DNA of 27,154 bases, taken from contig JAEOTO010000024.1 in NCBI GenBank assembly GCA_016839805.1, positions 1 through 27,154 of the forward strand, in the 5' to 3' direction. Position 1 is the stretch's first letter. Every line of letters starts with the position of its first letter. Made by a program: the position numbers and the translations under genes. The notes beneath the pieces were generated by a model. The model did no database searches. It had not been told where the DNA came from and saw nothing but the letters and a program-made list of their open reading frames with translations. Below are positions 17,901-26,207 of the stretch, piece after piece. This DNA comes from Candidatus Hermodarchaeota archaeon (GTDB taxonomy: Archaea; Asgardarchaeota; Hermodarchaeia; Hermodarchaeales; Hermodarchaeaceae).

Positions 17901-19011
17901 GGTTACCTCGGCTTCTGGTAAGAATAGTCGCCAACCAGGAATGAATTTCTTGCCTCCAGGGACAGAAGTTACTCTAACGATTACAGCACAAAGTGGAAAT
18001 TACGATCCCATAATTGGAACTATAGGTACTAACGGCTGGGTGTATTTCGAAGGTGTGCTAACTCACGAAGGGGAACATAACTTCTATATCAGTCTCGAAG
18101 GGGCAGAAAATTATGCCTCCATAACTAATATGGAGATTACACCAACCAGCCAAGCCTTTTATGTTGTGTCAATGAATTCTCTTCTAGCGCAGAATCTTCC
18201 AACAATCTTAATGGTTGCAGCAATTCTCATTATTGTTCCATTAGGGTCGGTAATGGCCTATCGTCGATATGTCCTTATTCCAAAGCGACAACAGAAGTTA
18301 GCGAAATATCAGGCTATTGCGGACACTTTCAGTGATGTAGCCAATCTCAATCGACTGTTAGTTCTACATAAAGAAAGTGGAATCTGTGTTTTTGATCCCT
18401 TTGCTGAAGAAAGCCAAGATGCAACCCTCGTCGCTGGGTTCTTACAGGCCATCTCAACATTTGGACACGACTTAGGTGATAGTCCTGGCCTTGCTGATGA
18501 ATCAGAAGATGCGCGAACCCTTCGTGAACTTCAATATGAAGGTTTTCGCATCCTTATCAACGATGGTAGGTTCGTCCGGGTAGCTCTTGTATTGAGCGGT
18601 ACACCCAGCGATCAATTACGTAATCGCCTTGAAACCTTCACGGACGTCTTCGAAAAACGATACAAGGCTGATTTCGAACACTGGGAAGGTCGTGTGGATC
18701 AATTCAACAGTGCCGCAGACCTCGTTGAAGAAGTCTTTCTTATCTCTCTGCGTCATCCACACAGCCTTGCTCCACGCAAACCAAGGGGTGTCCAGCTCAA
18801 TTCAATCGAATCTGACATCCACAAACTCTCCAAGGAACTAACGAAGGACCGTGAATACATTTTTCTCGGTCAAATCCTAAGCACCTATCTTGCGGCTGCG
18901 AAAACCGATAAACTTGAGGCGCTTATGAGCATCTATCAGTTACGCGTGAAAGGGATTTTCATCCCAATTCAATTACCACCAATGCCACCACCTGATGCGT
19001 CCGCCGGATAA
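14938..19011 (+). CDS. Large single-pass membrane protein: signal peptide, Ig-like glycosylated ectodomain, TM helix, cytoplasmic longin-like and wHTH-like domains
   Basis: Hydrophobic N-terminus after MRR; repeated beta-sandwich motifs (VYYHNQYGFPIDDA, IRYTDDFGLPITGA, PGLYNITI, PGTYNVTI); many N-x-S/T sequons; TM LPTILMVAAILIIVPLGSVMAY followed by RR..KR; cytoplasmic LLVLHKESGICVF...LVAGFLQAISTF. AAGGTGG SD before ATG14938. Confidence 0.8.
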   Translation: MRRTQLLSILFMTMLVFPLIPQFFLTGTNFDVSSNPNHEFDDSYAPEFSSSTFPEPELNPPSASQSQAQTPDPIVPEIPDYQSGSAAARLTQLTWNISQTFTNRNRVTDYQVHIDWGMMYHDTSFFSRIGDITSNKSASRVEDYDPAMGWNWYWPLEEKAWPGEVTFMAFNISGRAPVQITEFAIYIYCPGPSNPITEGGFNYTIYAAAPSGISGLGTMPDLSARVGPWMQTIVPAMPRYTEQWISLSTVPITLDTSMTYANTFYFALTMMPGAACCWVLMDDVGVPPDGDGEDEGDAWDAYPWPSLNFISGPSIDFFLIYVYNSFPYPSNILMDVNGTNVLDLYPNPGIGLWDGGWHSPAINMTNADRYYDVSYTLPGLSYDVTWLGWFYENLFADTRFTAWAYHDWVDWNLSFYAAFPLGAIDQRITVSIEADWMVLDVLVDGMSHPDWAYRYSPVNGWWVDIEFAGTGQWTILCESPDYMVDSEILDSSGQVTTWANGSDWVTARGYIEDEFGENATTGWGYVIVYDPRDEYNAFNMSVLMMPPGGMVEINWSIWWTSTWAGVYTLHILWLNGTEAGMTVQTLEVYMQTYMYVSYEFPPAGEPVIRGDMVQIEVYYHNQYGFPIDDAIVTVINDTSGLEWGIEPGDSIIDYDWYNWAGEGFPGYYTALLFTENASVNILHNITMYLSSPYNQGQNTTKQFEVKSRKTHILFFWQGRPLPGLNNISDYWFTSPHPYINDTSLQFTIRYTDDFGLPITGAQLTPYLVHQSQGVFRRLDWIDLSIADPTKPGLYNITINTNPIAGRAFHVGDPAFIVIFASKFGYESTWSENIDVQPQPRPSAIDVPIEFQSIVLYENWMYPTIDHPNILRVVLRDGLNSEDLSHGTVKAGVNGGENTTLTLATPGLGLYEINSLSTVGLTPGTYNVTIYAEARDFVDSLTTITLTILPKQSIDYNVQSNFDSLQIPNHGLEWWVNLTLYLENTTSSMVTSASGKNSRQPGMNFLPPGTEVTLTITAQSGNYDPIIGTIGTNGWVYFEGVLTHEGEHNFYISLEGAENYASITNMEITPTSQAFYVVSMNSLLAQNLPTILMVAAILIIVPLGSVMAYRRYVLIPKRQQKLAKYQAIADTFSDVANLNRLLVLHKESGICVFDPFAEESQDATLVAGFLQAISTFGHDLGDSPGLADESEDARTLRELQYEGFRILINDGRFVRVALVLSGTPSDQLRNRLETFTDVFEKRYKADFEHWEGRVDQFNSAADLVEEVFLISLRHPHSLAPRKPRGVQLNSIESDIHKLSKELTKDREYIFLGQILSTYLAAAKTDKLEALMSIYQLRVKGIFIPIQLPPMPPPDASAG

Positions 19012-19082
19012 CCTGAAGCCCTTATACTTAACAATAAGGTACATGCGGCTTCGATTAATTCAAATTAGTTTTAAGAAGAGAG

Positions 19083-19157
19083 TGGAGCCGAGGGTGGGAT
19101 TTGAACCCACATAGAACAGCTCTGCAGGCTGTCGCGTGGCCACTCCGCCACCTCGGC
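19083..19157 (-). tRNA. tRNA-Cys(GCA), intron-less, CCA encoded
   Basis: Reverse complement GCCGAGG TG GCGGAGTGGCCACGC G ACAGC CT GCA GA GCTGT TCTAT GTGGG TTCAAAT CCCAC CCTCGGC T CCA: full cloverleaf, GCA anticodon, U73 discriminator. Confidence 0.97.
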
Positions 19158-19268
19158 AAACTAATCAGCGTTCATCTTTGTTACGTTCCCGGTTTTTTGC
19201 TGTTTCGGTGATGGGAGTAGCTTTTTATCTCTCCAGGAGACACCTGCACACAGGAGCTAGACGCTACA

Positions 19269-20537
19269 ATGCCAACACACACCTCGGAAAAAGCCATTCT
19301 TATTATCAGTGATGGCGTCGGTGATCGCCCAATCGCAGCACTCCAAGGAAAAACTCCCCTTGAAGCTGCTAAGAAACCTGCACTAAACAAACTGGCAAAA
19401 AAAGGTGCTACGGGATTACTACACATTCTCTCACCAGGAATTCCACCAGGAAGTGACACGGGGCATCTATCACTTTTCGGATATGATCCACGAGACTGTT
19501 ACACTGGGCGGGGCCCCTTCGAAGCTCTGGGAGCAGGATTAGATCTTGAACCGACGGATGTGGCATTTCGGGGGAATTTCGCTACAGTGAATAAAGCGAA
19601 GGATGAGACCTTCGGTGTCATCGATCGCCGAGCGGGACGCAACCTTCCCGAAGGCAAACAGCTAGCGAACCTCATTAACGGACTTAAGGTGCCCAACTAT
19701 CCGAAGATAAAAGTGATTGTAGGTCACACAGTGGAACACCGCTGTGTTGTAGTGCTAAGTGGCGACGGTTTATCCTCTGCGATTTCAGATACAGATCCCC
19801 ATGGCCATGCGGACTCTGTACTCACCTCGATGCCGCTAGACGACACTCCTGAAGCCAAAACGACAGCACAAATCGTCAACGAACTCACTCGTGAAATCTC
19901 CCGAATCCTTACCCAAAGTCCTGTCAATGCAAAACGCAAGAAGGCAGGTCTACTTGAAGCAAACACTGTTCTCCTTCGCGGGGCTGGTGTCCTCCCCGAG
20001 ATACCCTCTCTCAAGGAAATCTATGGAATCTCAACAGCCTGTGTTGCAGGAGGTGCCCTCTATAAGGGCGTTGCCCGAGCTGTGGGTATGGAGGTTCTTA
20101 CAGTGCCGGGTGCAACCGGAAGTTATGACACGAACGTTGAAGCAAAGGCGAAAGCTACAGCTAACGCTCTTAAAACACATGATTTTGTTTTCTTACATTT
20201 CAAACCTACCGATAGTGCTGCTCATGATAAAGACCCCCAGAAGAAAATTGCGATGATTGAAAAATTCGACCATATGGTTGACACACTCACTGGACTCATC
20301 GACATGAACCACACACATATCGCTATTACAGGTGATCACACAACAGCCAGTACTACCGGCAAACATACCGGCGATCCACTCCCACTTCTTGTCGTAGGTC
20401 CCACTATTCGAGATGATGAAGTGTCAGAGTTCAGTGAGCGAGCCTGTGCCAAGGGTGCACTTGGACACATTCTTGGAATGGCGGTCATGCCATTATTAAT
20501 GAACGCAATCGATCGTTCACCGATGTATGGTGCCTAA
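19269..20537 (+). CDS. apgM: 2,3-bisphosphoglycerate-independent phosphoglycerate mutase (archaeal ApgM type)
   Basis: DGVGDRP, TPLEAA, PGSDTGHLSLFGYDP, GRGPFEALG, AFRGNF, DRRAGR, HFKPTDSAAHD, TGDHTT, HTGDPLP. Confidence 0.95.
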   Translation: MPTHTSEKAILIISDGVGDRPIAALQGKTPLEAAKKPALNKLAKKGATGLLHILSPGIPPGSDTGHLSLFGYDPRDCYTGRGPFEALGAGLDLEPTDVAFRGNFATVNKAKDETFGVIDRRAGRNLPEGKQLANLINGLKVPNYPKIKVIVGHTVEHRCVVVLSGDGLSSAISDTDPHGHADSVLTSMPLDDTPEAKTTAQIVNELTREISRILTQSPVNAKRKKAGLLEANTVLLRGAGVLPEIPSLKEIYGISTACVAGGALYKGVARAVGMEVLTVPGATGSYDTNVEAKAKATANALKTHDFVFLHFKPTDSAAHDKDPQKKIAMIEKFDHMVDTLTGLIDMNHTHIAITGDHTTASTTGKHTGDPLPLLVVGPTIRDDEVSEFSERACAKGALGHILGMAVMPLLMNAIDRSPMYGA

Positions 20538-20610
20538 CTCGCTTTCATATTTTGTTTTATAACACAAGCCTTTAAGGGAACATCAAATCCAATTGTGCCA
20601 GGTGAATAAA

Positions 20611-20946
20611 TTGGCTAAAAACACGACTCTAGTCTTCACGGGAATAGTACTAGCACTAATCGCTGCCATCATCGCTACTCTCCTTGGAGTAATGGATCTT
20701 GCCAATTCCTTGCTAAGTTTAAACCCGGTAGGTATCGCCTACGGAATCATCTACTTTGCTCTTGGGTTGCTCTCCATTATCTTCTGCCTACGACTTAACA
20801 AGCGCTACGATTCAACCTATGTTATCCTATTACTAATCTTTGCTATAATCTTCATCGCAATAGGTGGGATAAGCCTCAGTCTCACCACCCTCGTTGGCAT
20901 TCTAATGCTCATCGGCGTCATACTAATCTTCGTCGGGAAAGCCTAA
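20611..20946 (+). CDS. Small 4-TM membrane protein of unknown function
   Basis: Four hydrophobic segments; AGGTGA RBS before TTG20611; TATA-like elements at about 20555-20576. Confidence 0.7.
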   Translation: MAKNTTLVFTGIVLALIAAIIATLLGVMDLANSLLSLNPVGIAYGIIYFALGLLSIIFCLRLNKRYDSTYVILLLIFAIIFIAIGGISLSLTTLVGILMLIGVILIFVGKA

Positions 20947-20955
20947 ACTCCGCGC

Positions 20956-21726
20956 CTATTCATTTTTTGTTGTCAATGTCTTCATAGCACGTGTCAAGGC
21001 ATTGACAATCGCTGAATGGGCGCTTGCCCTCCTTTCTTTTTCATTCTTAGTCAGTTCATCAAAGAGCGTTTTTCCAGCAAGAGGTAAGTCAGAGACAACA
21101 TGAGCCGCGACCGCATGCATTCCCGAACACTGGGCTACTACATAAAGTACACTTGTCTCCATTTCGATACCAAGAAAATCTCGTAACTGCAGTGAAGAAA
21201 GAAAATCTACAGTTTCTGCGGCTAATGAATCCGTTGTGAAGATTCGCCCTTCAAATAGCTGGTGTCCCTTATCATCCGCTCCAGCTTGGAGAAATGGACG
21301 AACCACGTCTCTTAGCTCGTCACTCGCAAGAGCTGGAGTGGCAATTGGTGAATAATATTTTGATGCTCCATCACCACGTTCCGCCTCTTGCACTAAAATG
21401 AAATCTCCAATCGCCATTCCCTTCGCTAATCCACCAATGGCACCTGTATAAATCAGGTTTTTAACGCCAGCGAATTGAAGAAAATAGACACAGTCACCCA
21501 TACCTGGGGCATAACGGATATTATCCAAAACAGTCACGTAGTCTCTTTCTAGAAACCCGGAAATACCCGTAAACCACGTGCCAAAGGGTTTTGGGTCCTG
21601 CAGTCGGCTTACCAATTCAGCAACGATGCTTTTTGCTGGCGCTAACAATACTGTTGATGCAATCTGTTCCGGAGTAGCACCAAACACCCGTTTAACCAAA
21701 CGATCTGCGTCATAGTCTGCATACAT
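20956..21726 (-). CDS. PNP/UDP nucleoside phosphorylase (AMP-nucleosidase-like) family protein
   Basis: YTGAIGG, GDFIL..AERGDGASKYY, GRIFTTD, IEMETS, VVSD; GGAGG RBS. Confidence 0.85.
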   Translation of the reverse strand: MYADYDADRLVKRVFGATPEQIASTVLLAPAKSIVAELVSRLQDPKPFGTWFTGISGFLERDYVTVLDNIRYAPGMGDCVYFLQFAGVKNLIYTGAIGGLAKGMAIGDFILVQEAERGDGASKYYSPIATPALASDELRDVVRPFLQAGADDKGHQLFEGRIFTTDSLAAETVDFLSSLQLRDFLGIEMETSVLYVVAQCSGMHAVAAHVVSDLPLAGKTLFDELTKNEKERRASAHSAIVNALTRAMKTLTTKNE

Positions 21727-21744
21727 AAGTTCGGATCTCCTCCC

Positions 21745-23202
21745 TCAAATCACAGGTACAAAGGGCCAGATGAAATAAGCCAGTGCCAAAGTCATCAGCA
21801 AACTGAGAATATTGAGAGCAAACCCTGTAGTAATCATATCTTTCATGTTAACTCTCCCCGTACTATAAGCGATGGCATTGGGTGGTGTTCCAATGGGTAA
21901 CATGAAATCAATACTTGAACAGATTGCGATGAGTACAGCAAAAATCACAGGATTAGCCCCAACTGAAATTGCGACACTAATCGAAATTGGAATAAAGATA
22001 CTCGCACTTACAGTATTACTCGCAACCATACTGAAGAGCAATGCTGCAACAGCAAGTAATGCAATAATTCCCACATACCCAAGTATTGGTACTAGGGTCA
22101 CGACCCCTCCAGTAATCACATCTGCTAATCCCGAAACTTGTAACGCTGCTCCTAAACTCAGCCCACCACCAAACAAGAGCAAAGTGTTCCAATCAACCTT
22201 TTTCACATCCTCCCTTTTCAAAAGTCCAACAACAAAAAGAATTACTGCAATTGCAGCAGCAACCATCGCAGAGGACAAGGGGTGAAAGGGCTCGGTGAGC
22301 CATAACACTACAGCTAGGAGAAAGATGACCAGTGTTCCTTTTTGTCTACCAGTGAGTTCTCGATTGGTTGATGTCTTTACTGGTGGGATATACTTGACAT
22401 CGGTACGAAACCGAGCGAAGAGAATTCCCCAAGTGACAAAAATCATCAGGAGTGCAAGTGGAAACGCATACAATGACCAACCCAAGAATGAAATGGGCGT
22501 ATTTGCGGGTGGAAGAGCCAAGAATGCTGCCGCTAGAGCATTCGGAGGACTCCCAATCAGGGTCATGAATCCTCCTAACGTTGCAGAGTAAGCGACCGCT
22601 AAAATCATAATTTTTTGGAGTTTACCTTTGGGGTCTTCAACCCGATTTGCGACAGGTATCGCAACAGTAATCATCAATGCTGCAGCAGCAGTGTTTGATA
22701 TCCACATCGAAAGGAGGGCCGTTCCCAACATTAACCCAAGGACAATCCAGTGGGGTTTTGATCCAAGCCGTTTGAGGATCGCTTCGCCCATCCGCTCATC
22801 TAAATCGTGTCTATCAACGGCAATAGCAAGGAGGAACCCACCAAGGAGTAACACGACGACGGGATTGAAGAAAGGAACCAGGGCATCGTTAAAACTCTGA
22901 ATGCCAAATAAGGGTTGAAGTAATGCAATTAACAATGACGTAGCTGCTAGCGGAATGGATTCAGTAATCCATAGAGCCGCTGCAAGGACGAGTAATACCA
23001 AAGCCATGCGCAGTTGAAGATCAAGTGCATATGTAATCAGGTAGGTAATTATCGCGACAATCAAACTTGCTAACAGCTTGACAAAATTAACTCCCGGACG
23101 CCAAGCAGACCGAGTAGGGTGTCGTTGCTCAGCCTGCGATTCTTCAGTGGTCTCAATCGTATCAGGGGGTACTTCTTCTTGGTCCCTGTAGATGTCCGCC
23201 AC
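21745..23202 (-). CDS. DASS/SLC13 family Na+-coupled anion symporter
   Basis: WITESIP, SMWISNTAA and SMVASNTVSA (SNT motifs), IGSPPN/IGTPPN, VDWNTLLLFGGGLSLG; many TM helices. Confidence 0.92.
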   Translation of the reverse strand: MADIYRDQEEVPPDTIETTEESQAEQRHPTRSAWRPGVNFVKLLASLIVAIITYLITYALDLQLRMALVLLVLAAALWITESIPLAATSLLIALLQPLFGIQSFNDALVPFFNPVVVLLLGGFLLAIAVDRHDLDERMGEAILKRLGSKPHWIVLGLMLGTALLSMWISNTAAAALMITVAIPVANRVEDPKGKLQKIMILAVAYSATLGGFMTLIGSPPNALAAAFLALPPANTPISFLGWSLYAFPLALLMIFVTWGILFARFRTDVKYIPPVKTSTNRELTGRQKGTLVIFLLAVVLWLTEPFHPLSSAMVAAAIAVILFVVGLLKREDVKKVDWNTLLLFGGGLSLGAALQVSGLADVITGGVVTLVPILGYVGIIALLAVAALLFSMVASNTVSASIFIPISISVAISVGANPVIFAVLIAICSSIDFMLPIGTPPNAIAYSTGRVNMKDMITTGFALNILSLLMTLALAYFIWPFVPVI

Positions 23203-23226
23203 TAGTCACGCATCCCCACTCAGGTT

Positions 23227-23517
23227 CTACCGTTTTTCCAGCTTATCCATCGAGATAAGTTGACACTTTTCCTGTTCCAGCAGCTCTTTCAACAAGGATT
23301 CGAATTTGTACATGTCCTTCGCATCAACTTCAGCATGAAGCACTCCTAAGGATGGATATTGCAGTTTCACAGCCATACGCCACGGAGGAATAACGATAGT
23401 GGAACTGAAATCGGCCTCGATACCTGTGTCTAGCAATTGTTCACCAATTTTCATTATGATTTGACGCAACAACAAATCGCCGCGAATAATAATCTCGACA
23501 TACTGCATCTGTCCCAA
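23227..23517 (-). CDS. Small hypothetical protein with a predicted beta-alpha-beta-beta-alpha-beta (ACT/ferredoxin-like) pattern
   Basis: Alternating strand and helix segments VEIIIRG / LLRQIIMKIGEQLL / ADFSSTIV / VLHAEVD / MYKFESLLKELLEQ / QLISMD. GGTGA RBS before TTG23517 (start uncertain). First gene of the DASS run. Confidence 0.6.
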   Translation of the reverse strand: MGQMQYVEIIIRGDLLLRQIIMKIGEQLLDTGIEADFSSTIVIPPWRMAVKLQYPSLGVLHAEVDAKDMYKFESLLKELLEQEKCQLISMDKLEKR

Positions 23518-23715
23518 CAACATCACCATCCAATCACAGGTGCTAGCTAGCTGACCACCTTCTCTTCTAAAAAAGATTGCCTGGTTCAACTGGCCTGGCA
23601 AGTATTGTCAACATAGACTAATCTAAAAAAATATTGACGGTGAGCAAGATATATAGACAGCACCCAAGGGTACCTAATCCAGCGGTTGTAATATTAACTT
23701 GCGAAGGGTAGAGCC

Positions 23716-24867
23716 ATGGAAAAACGGAAAATCATGCGACTCGGCAAATCCTCCCTCGTCGTTTCAATTCCCAAAAGCTGGGCTAACAAATACAATCTCG
23801 ATTACAAATCAGACCATGTAATATTAATCCCTCAACGTGATGGCTCCCTCGCCATCTATCCCGTCAAGGAATTCACGGACGAGCCAACAAAACAGGAAAT
23901 TATTACCGATCCCGAGGATGAACCTGGAATTTTGGAACGCCGTCTCATTGCCGCCTATCTCAATAATTTCGGAGTAATACAACTGCGATCCACTGGCGTT
24001 TTTACACCAGAACAACAAATGCTCGTCCGTAAACGCGTCCGAATGCTTACCGGACTACAAATCATTGATGCGAGTACCAATGAGATTGTCATCCAATCAC
24101 TCATGAAATTAAATCAACTCGACCTACCCAAAAGCATGCGATTAGCCCACCGCATCACCTCAACCATGCTCGTTGATGCGCTCTCCGCCCTTCAAATACG
24201 CGATGTCGAACTAGCAAAAACCGTCATTGGATTAGATGAAGATGTCAACCAGTTCTATTTTCTCGTCTTCAAACAACTACGCGCGGCCCTTCTTGATCCA
24301 CGCTTCATGAATGAACTAAGCATCGACTCCATGGACTGCCTGACATACCTAATGTTTATTCAGCGTGTTGAAAACGTTGCAGACCATGCTAAAAAGATTG
24401 CACAATCAGTCGTCAACCTAGGAAGTGAAGAGTGCCCAAAGGACCTTTGTAACCTCGCTTTGAAAACGGGTAATCATGTACATCGAATTTACGCCACAGC
24501 CGCTGAAGCAATGCTTATCGGTGACGACAAAGCAGCAAACCACGTCATCAATGAAATCGACCATTTTGTACCCATGCGTCAGCAAGCAGAGGAACTCATG
24601 GAACGACATCTAGTCAAGCTATGCGAGCAAATGCTACCCAAACTCACCCCAGAAAGTTGTGCGCTATTTGGACCACACCAAAAAGCCATGTTCTGCCTAG
24701 AAAGTATTTTTGAAGCCTTTGGGAAAATCCTTGAACACTCCTGTGCGATTGCAGAAATTGCCATCGACCGTGCCTTAGAACACGGCAGCCGTTGGCCAAC
24801 AAAAGAATCCGCGAAAAAAACTGCCAAAAAAGCTGGAACGAAGGCACCTAAGAAAGCAGCACAATAG
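23716..24867 (+). CDS. phoU: Archaeal phosphate uptake regulator: AbrB/SpoVT DNA-binding domain + PhoU repeats
   Basis: RKIMRLGKSSLVVSIPKSW (AbrB), RRLIAAYL, LTGLQII, LDEDVNQFY, ENVADHAKKIA. Confidence 0.88.
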   Translation: MEKRKIMRLGKSSLVVSIPKSWANKYNLDYKSDHVILIPQRDGSLAIYPVKEFTDEPTKQEIITDPEDEPGILERRLIAAYLNNFGVIQLRSTGVFTPEQQMLVRKRVRMLTGLQIIDASTNEIVIQSLMKLNQLDLPKSMRLAHRITSTMLVDALSALQIRDVELAKTVIGLDEDVNQFYFLVFKQLRAALLDPRFMNELSIDSMDCLTYLMFIQRVENVADHAKKIAQSVVNLGSEECPKDLCNLALKTGNHVHRIYATAAEAMLIGDDKAANHVINEIDHFVPMRQQAEELMERHLVKLCEQMLPKLTPESCALFGPHQKAMFCLESIFEAFGKILEHSCAIAEIAIDRALEHGSRWPTKESAKKTAKKAGTKAPKKAAQ

Positions 24868-24945
24868 TTCTGATGGTGCCTTCAGACTTGAGGCTCAACA
24901 CTAAAGTGCATTTATCACAAGTGCTAATATACTTGCTTTATTTGT

Positions 24946-26100
24946 ATGACTGAGGCATTAATTGTGGACACTGGTGTCACTGCACAAATCCGCACCACAG
25001 ACGTGGGTAGCTTTCCTCTAAGCAGAGTTGATTTGAACCGCTATTCCAAAGGCGCCGCAGACGTTGAAGATGGTGTGGATTCTGCTGAAGCCACATTTTT
25101 CATCACGAAACACAATGGCGTTTTCAAACAGAAGTTCATGGCATTAGGACCTCATGATAGTGTGCCCTGCTATGTTCAAAGCAGTCATACCCGAGATATG
25201 GTCAGCCAGTTTTTAGATCCCATCGCAAGAAATGGTCAGGGACTCCACAAAGAAAATGACACATATCACTGGACTGGTAGCAAAATTCTGCTGACACCCG
25301 AAAACGCGCAAATTGCTGAACTCATCGCGCTAAAACACGGAGCCAAAACCCTATGTCAGGAGTTAGATATCGAACACATCCACTATCGTGCCTGCGTCAC
25401 CGGACCCTTTGAAATGTTAACACGAATCTGGAGGGGAATGGGATTAAGCCCACGATACGATGAATCCCTCATCGAAGCCTTCTCCACAATTGTCGAACAC
25501 TATATGCAAAACGCACATCCCGAAACCAAGTACCTCAAACCCTTAACGTTAACTCTCGACGAGCCATCAGTAGGTGTAACAGGGGTTGGTGACCTCTTTG
25601 TTGACGCCGAATCCGATCCACCTCTTTCCCATCTTATTTCGTGTTGGAATCAAATCTATAAGCACATCCCTAATGGATGCTATCGAGGGCTTCATCTCCA
25701 TGCATCACCCTATCACCAACTCGCCCATGCACACTGGAACCTATTGGAAGCCCACCTTGGGGTCATTGTGACACAAGAATGGCTTGCAAACAATGGCAAG
25801 TATATTCGCGCAGCGATTATGCGCACAGATGGACCAACTATCCCTCCAAATGTCGATCTCAAAGCCGTTTGGAACGAGATCCAAGCCGGAAATTACAGCG
25901 CCTACTTACAACCCAAAACTGACATGATGCAACTTCTCAAAACCGCGACTCAACGATATGGACCAGAACGCATACCTTTCGCAGGTCCCGAATGTGGTCT
26001 CGGATCCTGGGATTGGAAGCATGGTGACGCCATGGTTCTTGCCAATTTAACTCGGTTACGCGAAGTCGTCTCCGAATTCAATCAGACCATAAGCCAGTAG
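24946..26100 (+). CDS. Core (MetE C-terminal-like) methionine synthase, MesC-like
   Basis: DVGSFPL, ACVTGPFE, LDEPSVG, LHLH Zn motif, AGPECGLGSW; single catalytic barrel with no N-terminal folate-binding barrel. Confidence 0.75.
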   Translation: MTEALIVDTGVTAQIRTTDVGSFPLSRVDLNRYSKGAADVEDGVDSAEATFFITKHNGVFKQKFMALGPHDSVPCYVQSSHTRDMVSQFLDPIARNGQGLHKENDTYHWTGSKILLTPENAQIAELIALKHGAKTLCQELDIEHIHYRACVTGPFEMLTRIWRGMGLSPRYDESLIEAFSTIVEHYMQNAHPETKYLKPLTLTLDEPSVGVTGVGDLFVDAESDPPLSHLISCWNQIYKHIPNGCYRGLHLHASPYHQLAHAHWNLLEAHLGVIVTQEWLANNGKYIRAAIMRTDGPTIPPNVDLKAVWNEIQAGNYSAYLQPKTDMMQLLKTATQRYGPERIPFAGPECGLGSWDWKHGDAMVLANLTRLREVVSEFNQTISQ

Positions 26101-26207
26101 TCCAGAAAGTTTACGTGCTAGACGCCTCACTGTTGGGTACCATGCACGCTTTTAAAGTGATAAGTCTATCAGGAGGTAGGCGGAACCGGTTCTACGGAGA
26201 GTTTGGT

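Noticed and set aside
19012-19157. tRNA-Cys as an integration site for a mobile element
   Set aside because: No integrase and no duplicated tRNA 3' end seen in the window; the flanking genes look chromosomal.
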